The position numbers and the translations under genes are program-made. This document shows, in pieces, positions 22,713 through 34,005 of a DNA stretch of 64,000 nucleotides. A model generated the notes under the pieces. It did not search any database, was not told the origin of the DNA, and saw only the letters and a program-made list of their open reading frames with translations. Numbering within the stretch: position 1 is the first letter of the stretch; each line of letters begins with the position of its first letter. Source of the DNA: Eledone cirrhosa (lineage: Eukaryota); NCBI GenBank assembly GCA_964016885.1, contig OZ024741.1:389670001-389734000 (forward strand). Reading direction: 5' to 3'.

Positions 22713-25700
22713 GTACCCTCCGTTTAGATCAAAGATCGATATCAATACATGAGTAGTGCTAAATATGCAATATGTCTACATGACATCAAACAATAAAAAA
22801 TCATCGGGTACACCGAGAAAAAATACATGCATGAATACAACCAAGAAAAATGAAACATAACATAATTGAACAAGCAAAAGTCATTGTTTACATAAGAGTC
22901 AAAAGTTTGAACAATATCACAGTTCATATATAGATTGTTTTACTCAACCTCTGAGGCCAATGTAATCTACGACCACTAGGTGTCGTCGTAACAGATGTTG
23001 TTGAAAGTAATGAAGGTGTGTGTGATGTTGTGTGTGAGTATGCTTGTGAAGGTTCAACATGCAATGTATTGTATGTGGGGGGTGTATGGGGTTCAACTGG
23101 TGGAGCGTCTGTAAAGGCCTGTTTAATCCTATCTACAGAAACTGTGTTTCCTACCACAAATGTCTATGGTAAAAAGTTTGTCCGTTTTTGCCAGGACACG
23201 GTAGGGTCCAGTATAGGGTGGCACAAGTGGTCCTTTCACTGAGTTTTTACGTAGAAAAACGTCCAAGAAGTAATGTTTTTAGGAACCGAAGATTTAATCG
23301 TCTGTTGATGTGTTCCCATAGGCGGAAGATCATTGAAATATCATCTCAAACAGTTAATATATAACGTTGGATCTTCCCGTGATGCGTCGACTGGGACTAA
23401 CATCTGTCCCGGCAAGGATGAAGGTGTTCCGTACAGCAGTTACGCTGGGGAATATCCGAGACCCTCTCTGACCGCCGCGCGACAGCCAAGAAGAACAATT
23501 GGTAGATATTCACTCAATTTTTGCTGGTCGGGATAAGCACGCAATGCTGCTTTTAATTGGCGATGAAAGCGCTCTATCATGCCATTGGACGCCGGATGGT
23601 AACTAGTAGTTCTAATCCGACGTATCCCTAAGATTTTAGAAAGTTCATGGAAGAGATGTGATTCAAATTGTCCGCCACGGTCAGTGGTGATCATGGAAGG
23701 GATACCGTATCGCGAAATCCAGCCAGACATCAGAGCTCGTGCTACGAATTCTGTTGAAATCCCTTCGAGCGGAATGGCTTCAGGCCGTGTAAAACGGTCG
23801 ATACACGTAAGAAGTTATGTATATCCATGACTAACCGGCCAAGGTCCAACTAGGTCGATATGAATATGGTCAAAGCGGGCATCAGGAGTGTTGAAAGTGC
23901 CCAGAAGTGCTCGAATGTGTTTGTGCACCTTAGACTTCTGGCAAGGTATGCAGGAACGAGACTATGCAGTGATATCTCGACTCATATTTGGCCAAAAGAA
24001 TCTGGCCGTAATGAGTTTCGCTGATGAATGGATTCCAGGGTGTGAGAGGTTGTGTAACATGTCGAAAATGTTCGCCAATGAAGTTCCGGAACGAAGGGTC
24101 GAGGTGAATCAGTCGATATGTCACACAGGATGCTTGTGTCAGAATTGTGTACAGGTAATTGTTTGAATTTGCACGTCGCGAATTCGGTTGCAGATAAATC
24201 TAATTCGTCCAAAGCAGGCTGGTCAGCAGCGAGCAAATGTAGATCAATATCCGTTTTTGTCGATAGTGAGTTGACAGGTAAACGAGATAATGCATCTGCC
24301 GCTAAATTCTGTGATCCAGGAATATGGCGTATATCACTAGTGAATTGTGATACATAATCTAAATGTTGAGTTTCACGTGGCGAGTATCTTTCAGGTTTCG
24401 CTTTGAGAGCAAATGTCAAAGGACGATGGTCCGTGAAGATCGTAAACTGGCGTCCTTCCAACGAATGCTGGAAGTGTTTGATTGCCATGTACATCGCTAA
24501 CAGTTCTCTGCCGAAAGTACTGTATCGGGTTTCAGCGGGTTTAAGTTGTTTTGAGAAATATGCAAGTGGTTGCATCTTCTGGTTGTGTTACTGTTGCAAA
24601 ACTGCACCTACTGCTGTGCCTGATGCATCAACGACCAGTGAAAACTGGGCATCAGGCACAGGTTGTGCAAGCAGGGTGACATCAACTAATTCCTGTTTCA
24701 CTCTGGAATAAGCTTCGAGTTGAGCAGGGTCTAAAGAAATAGATTTGTTTTTCTTTTTTCGATTCCGCAACAGTTCAGAAAGAGGTGCTATGCACTCAGC
24801 CCAATGTGGAATAAATTGCCGGTAATAATTTAGCAGTCCCAAGAACTAACGTAATGATGTAGGAGCAGGTAATTCCTGAAGAGCTTTCACTTTATCTGGT
24901 GGAGGTGATATGCCTGTAGGACTAATGATGTGTCCTAGAAAAACTAGTGAAGACGCACCAAATATACACTTCACGGGGTTAATGCGAACTTGGTACTTCT
25001 TAAACCATTGAAATAACAAACGAAGGTGTTTAACATGTTCCTCTGGAGATGTGCTAGCAACGAGTACGTCGTCTATATAGCAGTAAACAAAATCCAGGTC
25101 TCTGGTGATTTCGTCCATGAAGCGTTGAAAGGTACTAGCGGCGTTGCGTAGACCAAAGGGCATCGTTAGGAACTCAAAAGCACCAAAGGGTGTAGTGATA
25201 GCAGTCTTCGGAATATCCGCTGGATTAAGTGGCATCTGATGATACGCTCTGACTAAATCCAGTTTAGAAAAAACTGTGCATCCATGTAAGGAAGAAGCAA
25301 AATCCTGAATGTGTGCGATCGGGTACAGTCATCGCGTTTAATTGGCGAAAGTCCCCAGTCGGACGCCAATCGCCGGAACGCTTTGGAACCAAATGCAAAG
25401 GAGAGGCCCACGGACTGGAGGATGGGCGTATGATCCCCAGCTGTAGCATGTGGTTAAATTCAGCTTTCGCCGTTTTCAATTTCTCCGCAGGGAGGCGGCG
25501 TGGGCGAGAAAATACAGGAGCGCCAGAAGTTTCGATATAATGTTTTGTGGAGGGAGTAGGCTTGCTCACCACAAAATTCAAATTTGTCAATTCCGGGAAG
25601 GAATTTAGAAGCGACTGGAAAGGGTCCTCGGAAGCGGCGATGACGAATACTGGGCTGATAGATAAGACAGTAGATCTCAAACCCGGAACGGAGAGTTCTG

Positions 25701-26066
25701 TATTAGCATCCAACAACCGGTGTCTGCGCATATCCACTAAGAGGTTATAGTGGTGCAGGAAATCCGAGCCTAGAATAGGGTAAGGCAAATCAGCAACCGT
25801 GAAAATCCATGTGAAGTCTCTTCGCAATTCCAGGTTCAAAGAACGAGAAATTTGACTATACGTGGAGATAGGAGAATGATTTACTGCTTGCAGAGAAATA
25901 GATGTAACTGGCGGCTTCTCTTTGAGAAGTTTTAGCGGCCATATGCTGCAAACAGCGCCTGTATCCACCAGACATCGTGCTTTGGAAAACGTGTCAGTTA
26001 TGAAGAATGCTCGATTATTTGGGAGTGTTAGAGGAGACTGTGCCGTGCTCAGGTCTCCTGAAATCC

Positions 26067-26073
26067 GTTTCCC
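26067..26073 (-). promoter_or_regulatory. -1 ribosomal frameshift slippery site (gag/pol)
   Basis: G GGA AAC in the gag frame, pol continues in -1 (PGKRISG); stem AGGAGAC/GTCTCCT 7 nt downstream. Confidence 0.7.
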
Positions 26074-27445
26074 TGGTTGGAAAAGGAACAGGGCTGTCTG
26101 CAACAATGTGCCGCCACGCCAAAACGGCTGTGATAGTAGCACAGTCCTGGTTTGTTTGTGTGGCAGCGGCGTGGCGAGGGCGAACGACTCTGTAGACGTC
26201 TGGGCGATTGAGCCCTGGAGAAACTCAATTTTCTCACCTCTTTCGTGAGTTGTGCTATGGCTTGAAGAATTGCCGTAGATGTGAGCGACTGATCAGTGTG
26301 AACGGCAGCCACTGGAGAGAACGAAGAGACCTCAACTGGCAGCCGAGGTGTAGCGAAGGAGGCAGGCTTTCCTGTGAAACTCATAATTTTGTCCGCCGAA
26401 GATGCCAGTTGCTCGACTGAGCTAGTCTCCATCATAGGCACCAATATCACCTGGACATTGGGCAGCAGCTCGAAAAGCAAAGCTGTCTCAGGAGGGCACT
26501 ATCAGCTGGAGCGTCCTCCGCCAGTTCTTTCATTCGACGCAGGAACTGGCTCGGCGTCCAGTCACCCAAATGCTCGTCATTTACTAGGGTTTGAAACCTC
26601 CTCTCCGCAGCACCTCGCGCTTAACGCTCTCATAGGTGGCTCCAGGGGCCAGATCAGTAATCAGATCCTTAAGCACTGTTAAAGACGCCGGGATAGCACT
26701 CAAAAGAATATGTAGTTGTCTGTCTTCGGATGTTATGCCATTCGCAGCAAAATGTGATTCAATCTGGGCGAACCAGAATTGGACATCGTCTGCAAACACT
26801 GGCAATGAAATGCTAGCCATCGTGAATTAAGGCATGCCAGTAAGCAATAGAGAACAAAAGGGAAAATGCAGGCCAAAAGGAATCCAAGGGAAGAGAAAAA
26901 TATAAAATAAAAACAATGATATTTTCTGTCGTTGTTGAAGAGACAAATATTAAGAATAAAAAAAAAAATTTCTTTTCTTTCATATTTTTCAAAATGGCGT
27001 TGCCCCAAAGTCAATTTGGCGGGAAAACGAACGAAGAAGAACAAGTCGGCCATTATGAGCTCTCCAGAAATGAAGGCAAAAATCTTTTTTTTTTTTTTAA
27101 ATGGCGTCACCCAATCAGTATTTGGGCGGGAAACATGAATTTTGAAGAAGAAAGCCGCCGCCATGATGTATTTCCCGTGCAATATTTATATTGCGAGGCA
27201 GTAAAAAAATATAAATACCATGACTCACGCTGTCGTGAACATTTCCCGAGAAAATCCATATGAATTTTGATTCTTTTTTTTTTAAATCATATATTTCGAT
27301 CGAGCTGCTACTATGATATGTGTCCATCAGAGAGAGAAAAAATGTTGTTGTCCATAATTTTCTTGTGAATCGAGTCCAAATTTTTTTGTATAAAGTAAAT
27401 CCGTATCACCACCATTTATTATGTAGAGTGGTAAGTGGCATGTTG

Positions 27446-27465
27446 ATCACGTCGGGAGGTCACCC
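27446..27465 (-). promoter_or_regulatory. Primer-binding site, tRNA-Trp-like
   Basis: GGGTGACCTCCCGACGTGAT compared with canonical TGGTGACCCCGACGTGAT, 3 nt from the LTR end. Confidence 0.75.
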
Positions 27466-27468
27466 TTT

Positions 27469-27585
27469 TATAACGCTGATTAAGTGTCGCTGGAGATATT
27501 ATTATATTTATCGATTCAGAAGGCAATGATAAAAACATTATAACAAAAATTCCCTCTTATTTGTTGTACAAATATGGAATCGAAA
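27469..27585 (-). repeat. Truncated 5' LTR (U5 end only)
   Basis: About 115 bp matching 22346-22472 with about 6 substitutions and one indel. Confidence 0.85.
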
Positions 27586-29111
27586 GGTCAAATTAGATGA
27601 GATGCAGTTTGTTTTTGTTCCTCGGAAAAGTACAACAAATGCCCTCTTCTTAGTGAGGCAACTATAAGAGAAGTTCTTAGAGAAGAATAAGCCACTATAC
27701 TTAGCTTTTGTTGAGCTAGAGAAGGCCTTTGATAACATACCCCGATCTGTCATCTGGTGGTCCCTAAGGAAACTAGGTGGAGAGGAATGGCTTGTGAGGA
27801 CAGTGCAAGCTATGTACAGGGGTGCTGTTAGTAAAGTGAGGGTAGGAATGGAGTTTAGTGAAGAATTCCAGATACAAGTAGGTGTACATCAGGGTTTGGT
27901 CCTCAGCTCACTCTTGTTCATTATAGTCCTCCAAGCCATAACAGAGGAGTTTAAGACTGGCTGCCCGTAGGAACTTCTCTATGCTGATGATCTGGTTCTT
28001 ATAGCAGAATCAGTAGAGAAGCTAGAGAATAAATTCTGGCTATGGAAACAGTAGTTGGAAGCAAGAGGACTGAGAGTGAACCTAGCTAAGACAAAAGTGT
28101 TGATAAGTAGACGAGAGGACAATACTCTGATTCCATTGGGGAAATGGCCATGTTTGATATGTAGGAAAGGAACTGGCATAAATTCCATAAAATGTACGCA
28201 ATGCAGATCTTGGGTACACAAGAGATGTAGTGGGGTAGCAGGCAAACTAACAGGTAGGGAAAACTATGTATGCGTTAGATGTACAGGGAAAGTTGGCAGT
28301 ATTAATTGCAGTGATAGTCACATTTATCCAATGCAGGTAGGTTCTATAGAAGTGGTTGATAGCTTCCGGTACCTAGGTGTTCAGATTAGCATGGGAGGGG
28401 GTGTTCCAAGGCCATAGTATCTAGAATAAGGATGGGTTGGAAGAAGTTTAGGGAGCTGCTTCCTCTGTTGACAAAGAAGGGTTTCTCCCTACGTACGAAG
28501 GGACTGTTGTATGATGCCTGTGTGAGATGCGCGATGCTGCATGGTAGTGAGACATGGGCAGCAACTACAGAAGATATGCGACGGCTGGAGAGAAATGAAG
28601 CAAGTATACTCTGTTGGATGTGCAATGCCAATGTGCGTGAATGACCAAGCATAGACGAGTTGAGAAAGAAACTGGTTATAAGAAACTGCATCCTTTAAGG
28701 CCTCCATGCTTCCCGAGATCCGCCAACAGAACAGCTAACACATACACACATGTACTTCCCTGACATTTGTGTATTATTTATGTACTATATTGACGAGTTG
28801 TAGTGCACCTGAGCACTTTACACAATAATTTCATTATTATTATTATTATAAGCGGGATAAGTTGTGGTGTGCAGGAGAGAAGGCTGAGATGACTGCTGGG
28901 TTAGGGTGCCAAGAAATCCCAGTAGAAGGAAGACATAGCAGAGGTAGACCAGAAAACATGGGCGGAGGTGGTGAGAGCAGACCTCAGATCGCTGAAGCTC
29001 ACAGAGGAGATGACAAAGGACCGTGACAAGTGCAGAGATGCTGAATAAGACCCGTCCAACCCTTGCAAGTAGGGAAAAATGGACGTAAAATGACGATGAT
29101 GATGATGATGA
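27586..29111 (+). mobile_element. RTE LINE copy B, 3' part (degraded RT with PHD, tail)
   Basis: VKLDEMQF, ELEKAFD, YADD, WPCLIC..HKRC, GSETW; tail ACCCTTGCAAG..GGACGTAAAATGACGATGAT; split by a CR1 tail at ~28683-28850. Confidence 0.88.
28683..28850 (+). mobile_element. Short CR1 3'-end insertion
   Basis: Homologous to the CR1 3' end near 17.7-17.9 kb (CTGCATCCTTTAAG..ATGCTTCCCGA..GTGCACCTGAGCAC); TTATAAG on both sides. Confidence 0.75.
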
Positions 29112-30226
29112 TATACATATATATTTGTATGTGTGAGAGAAAGAGAGAGAGAGACTGTGTGTGTGGACGTTTCTATTCTTCAATTCTTTTACTGGTTTCA
29201 TTCAGTAGATTGTAGCTATGATTGAGGACTACCTTGAAAGTATTTAGTCAATCATATTTGTTTCACTTATTTTATTGATTTTCTTTGTTGAACTGCTAGG
29301 TTAAAAGTGGGTGAGGTTGGAAGGACCACATCTTAATGAAACATTCTAATTTTGGCATGAATTCCCCAGCTACATGCTGTTTCAAATGTCAACGACTTAA
29401 CAAGGTGTATTGGGTTTATTTTACCATGACACCACCACAACCCCTCAACAGAGTGTACTTCATCATGGTATCAGCATTTCACTTTATGCACTGTACTGAG
29501 TGTATTTTATCATGACATATCAAACTATTTCTGTTTCCTTCTGAAAGCACTCATATTCATCTAAGAGCATTAGAATGAGAGACAGTTCTTAGTTATATAT
29601 GTTTGTGATCAGAAGCACATACAATTCATATATGGTCTTGTAACTCCTGAGGGAATTGTAGGGGAACTATATTGAAATACAGCATTTCTAGGGCAGTTTT
29701 TCAACCTGCCGAGCCCAATCCTCTCCGAATCTGAATACAGCAGATTTCTTCCAGAGAAGGAAAGAGGGAGAGAGAGAGAGAGAGAATGGAAGTGAGAAAA
29801 AGATATAGAGAAAAAATTGATTACAGCGCTTTACTGGTACTTTATTTTATTGAGCTTGAATGAATGAAAGGTAAATTTGATCTCAGCAGGATTTGAACTC
29901 AGAGCAGAGAGCTGGGAGGAATACCATAAATCCGACATCCTAATGACTCGCCACCTAAATACTTTGTAACATGCACCAAATTATATCTATTGTCTGATCT
30001 TCAATTTAACACCGGACAGCCTGTTGTAGAGCAACAGATGCTGTGTGACAAAGATTAAGGGCATACAACTTACAGACTGGCACCTTCTTAACTGATTGAA
30101 GTGAGATTCAAATCTCTCACAGACTGGATGACCATGGCAGCAGTTGTGACAACCCAGCTTAAGGAAGAGAAAGAGGAAAATAGGAAATTTAATTTATGGA
30201 AAAAGTAAATCATTTAGTGAAAGAAA

Positions 30227-30228
<2 letters not shown>

Positions 30229-30288
<60 letters not shown>
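30229..30288. repeat. (TG)n microsatellite
   Basis: Pure TG run. Confidence 0.95.
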
Positions 30289-30290
<2 letters not shown>

Positions 30291-30621
30291 TCTATGCTGC
30301 TGCATGAAAACATAGATAACTATCCCTATCATACACACACACATGTATGTATATTTATATACATACATCAGGAATGTGAAGGTGTGTGACTTAGTGTATG
30401 GGGAATTGGATTCACAATTGTGAGGTTGTGAGTTGATTCCTGGACCAAGTGATGCTTTATTTCGTATTGCTCTTTCTGTAATTATTAATGTTAATTATTG
30501 ATGCAGTAAAGCACTACTTATGCAAATCTGATTTGCCAGTTTAGCATATTCATCCAATTCTGTGACTGTAATTAGCACCTTAGTATTAGCACCTTAGGCT
30601 TTTGTGAACAAAGGATGCAGG

Positions 30622-30928
30622 CAGTGGTAGACTGGCCAGGTTACCCAATGGCAAGTGGGCCCGAGGGGGCCCACGGTAGCATTGCAGAAGCCCACTATAG
30701 TATTTTAGAGGCCAATGCTTTGCTTTCAAAAAATATCTTTTTTAAAATGTCTTAGAGAAAGAATAAAAATGGATTTTAAATAAATAAACAAATAAGCAAA
30801 GCATTTGGTCAAACAATTTCCTAGGGAATTAATAGAAACCAAAATATATGATAGTGCTAACAGTTAGAATCACTGGTTGTCTAAATTTATAGCTTGCTGA
30901 ATTCATTTATGCATGTATGCATACATGG

Positions 30929-30963
<35 letters not shown>

Positions 30964-31902
30964 GACATATGTAAAATCAATTAGTGGTCAGTTCTTCAGT
31001 CTAAAGTCCCTATGGAGAATGAGTCCCCAATCAATGTTTGTACAAGTTGAAAACATGCATGTATATATATATAAATCTCTATATACACATGTACACATAC
31101 ACACACTCCCATATATCATCATCATCATCATCATCATCAGGTTTAGCGTCCGTGTTCCACGCTTGCATGGGTTTGGACGGGGGTTTTCCCACTTGAGGCA
31201 AGAGTGGTTGTCTTGCTCGCATAGGACTGTCTGGCGGGTTTTCTACAGTTGGATGCCCTTCCTAACACCAACCACATTTACAGTGTGGGGCTGGGAGGTT
31301 TTTACCGTGTTGCCTACACGGCCACATTACAGCGTGGACTGATATAAATCTCTATATACACATGTACACATACACACACTCCCATATATATATATATATA
31401 TATATATAAATCTATATATACACATGTACACATACACACACTCCCATATATATATATATATAAATCTATATATACACATGTACACATACACACACTCCCA
31501 TATATATTGAGTGAGTTGAAAGACCAAAGGTGATTATTGAAAGACTCTGGATGTGTATATTTCACAAGGTACTTTATATTGGAGAAGGTAAGAATGGTTA
31601 CTTGTGTACTCTACTCTAAATAACTACTATACATTTATAATTATTTAAAAATTCAATTATAACATTCTGTATTAACATTTGGTATTACTGTATATTGCCA
31701 GTAATATGTACAGTATATACACTATAATTAGTAAAAAATACACATTTTTTCCACAAACATTTGATTGCACTGTTTTGTTTTCACTTATGCTTTTTTTTAA
31801 ATGTTATTTATTCATTATAAAAATTAAATTATAGCATTCTATATGTGGGTGGGCTCCTTTTATCTCCTGGAAACCAATATTTTTAGACCCAGTCTGCCAC
31901 TA
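30622..31902. mobile_element. Non-autonomous hAT-like DNA transposon
   Basis: TIRs CAGTGGTAGACTGG / CCAGTCTGCCACTA; 8-bp flanks GATGCAGG and GGTTCAGG (6/8 match). Confidence 0.65.
31115..31341 (-). mobile_element. RTE-A 3'-tail insertion
   Basis: Near-identical reverse complement of 22108-22333. Confidence 0.85.
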
Positions 31903-32802
31903 GGTTCAGGGTATATGATTTCTGAAAACCAGTGAAATTAATTTCTTTTTTCTGTTCATAGAAAGATTAATCCCCTGGTTTATACCAATCCAGCCAAAAC
32001 CAACTCTGGTTCTATGAACCCTATTGAAATCAAAATCTACCAACATAATTTTATGTAAGAACCATATATTAAGTTAATATCTTAGTAATGAAATAAATAA
32101 TAATTTTAGTAAATTCCTCAAAATTCATTAATTGAAATAGAGTGTATTTCATAAGAAATCTGATCAGGAAAGGGTTAATAAGGAGACATTTGTTCTAGTG
32201 TGTAAACTCACGGTGATAGTTTGTGATAAAAATAAACCTTGTGATACCTTTCAAGTTATTCATCGATAATTAATTGCAGACATTTCTGATATAGAAGACA
32301 GAGATTAGAAGAATGAGGTGAGAATGAAAGAGTAAAAGTAGGTGAAATGAAATGTGTGAGAGAAGGAAAGATAGGAAGAGAGTGTGTGATGAGGGTATGG
32401 GAATTTATTGTAGAAGTGACAATTAAAATATGCTTACTGTCTTTGAGGAACCAAGGGAAATTATTTTAATAACTTTTGGTGGAACAGCAACAAACTGGAA
32501 ACATTCAAAATCTTTTGGCTGTGAAAATAGTAAAAAAAAATGTTTCATAAGGATACAAATTTATATATTTGTAAAGGAGAAGTGGGGTAACAGTTGAATT
32601 AAATCGAGGCTAACCATGGTGAGATTTGAACTTCAAATGTTACTAACTACTGCAAAGATTGTACATTGTCATCACCACCATCACCACTGGTCGACTTTTT
32701 TCCACCTGCCCTTGCAGAAGTGATAAAATAAAGTACTAGTCAAATAGTGGAGTTGATATAATAATTGACTTTCCTTTTGTGCCTCAATTATTATTATTAT
32801 TA

Positions 32803-32994
32803 GGTGGATTGGCAGTATCAGTAGAGGGTCGGACGCCCTGCTTTGAAGCCTTGGAGTTACCTCCCTGTATGATCTGAGTTCAAATCCCGCCAAGGTTCTT
32901 TGCCTTTCATCCTTACGGGGTCGATAAAATAAAGTACCAGTAATGCACTGGCAATTGCTGGCCTTGTGCCAAAAATAGAAACAATTATTATTAT
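32803..32994 (+). mobile_element. Meta-domain tRNA SINE, near full length
   Basis: A-box-like TGGCAGTATCAGT, B-box GTTCAAATCC, Meta segment, tail ending in (ATT)n. Confidence 0.85.
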
Positions 32995-33097
32995 TTTACA
33001 CGAACAAAACCCACATCGTACCGTCCTGTGCCGTCTGTAATGTTTTTCTTGATGTCAGCCCTTGTGGCCAATAAAGAAATCATTATTATTATTATTA
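32995..33097 (+). mobile_element. Tx1-like LINE 3' tail fragment
   Basis: Reverse complement of 53207-53305; AATAAA followed by (ATT)n. Confidence 0.7.
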
Positions 33098-33099
33098 AA

Positions 33100-34005
33100 A
33101 AAAGCCCCCACAAAACACAAAACATACACGACAAAAAATACAGACACCACCAACGCAAACACTTCCCCAGTAACATCAACATCAACACCACCCCCACAAT
33201 CCCCTAAACACAAACAACCTAAACAAACACAAGAACAAATAAACACATAGACACCTGAAATTGCAGACACCACACTTACAACAAAAACAGACATACCCGA
33301 AACAACACCAACAAAACCATCACCCCCACAGTCACCAAAATGAAAACAAATAAAACCACACCAACCAAACATTAAAAACTTTGTGCTTGTCAGAAGGGCC
33401 AACGATAAATTGATGTCCCTCTTAGCACAAAGCGAGGACATCCAAACAGAGGGTGAGACCTTTAAATTGAGCACATTTTGCATGCCAGAAAATTTGTTTC
33501 TGGTGCAAATGTCGCTCGATTCCTACAAAGAAATTCGAGAGAGCTTTCCTCAGGATATGGCAACCCCCGAACGTGAAACCCACATCAAGACTTTTAAAGG
33601 GGTTCCCTAAAGAAACCCCACTAACCATGGAGGTCAAAACACCTGACCTTCACAAGACCCCGGGAGGTAAGTAAACCTTCCCTCTCTCTTTTAGCTTGCC
33701 AACATGGTCATGAGTAGGAAGTTTAAATGTTCGTGGCCTGGGGTCACCCTGGAAGCAGGGTCGCCTGCTCAACGACCTCAGGTCTCTGGAAATGGGTGTG
33801 ATTGCCATCAGCAAGACCAGGATTTCCGACACGTGCGCACTAGCCCCCATTTTCGACGACTATCAGATCTTTGCATCTGTTAGCAGGCCGGGAATGGGAG
33901 GTGGGATAGCAGTACTGTTTAGGAAAGGCCTGGATCTCAGACCCGGACAGTAAGTTGGTGGTCCTGGATGTGAACAATAGCGAAGATGGTGCCTTTAGAC
34001 TGGTG
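33100..34005 (+). mobile_element. Tx1/L1-clade LINE: ORF1 remnant and APE N-terminus
   Basis: VGSLNVRGLGSPWKQGRLLNDLRSLEMGVIAISKTR at ~33710; ends GAFRLV. Confidence 0.7.

Larger units (their letters stand above)
22346..27585 (-). mobile_element. Gypsy LTR retrotransposon, CsRn1/Kabuki/Boudicca-like clade, degraded
   Basis: gag (WFAQIESHF; CYYHSRFGVAAHCCRQPC CHCC box), protease LVDTGA, RT YIDD, RNase H DAS/TDHRPL, integrase [18 protein letters not shown]; tRNA-Trp-like PBS; LTR copies at both ends. Confidence 0.92.

Noticed and set aside
31966-32178. piggyBac-like MITE (TTAATCCC..AGGGTTAA)
   Set aside because: Terminal similarity too short to support by eye
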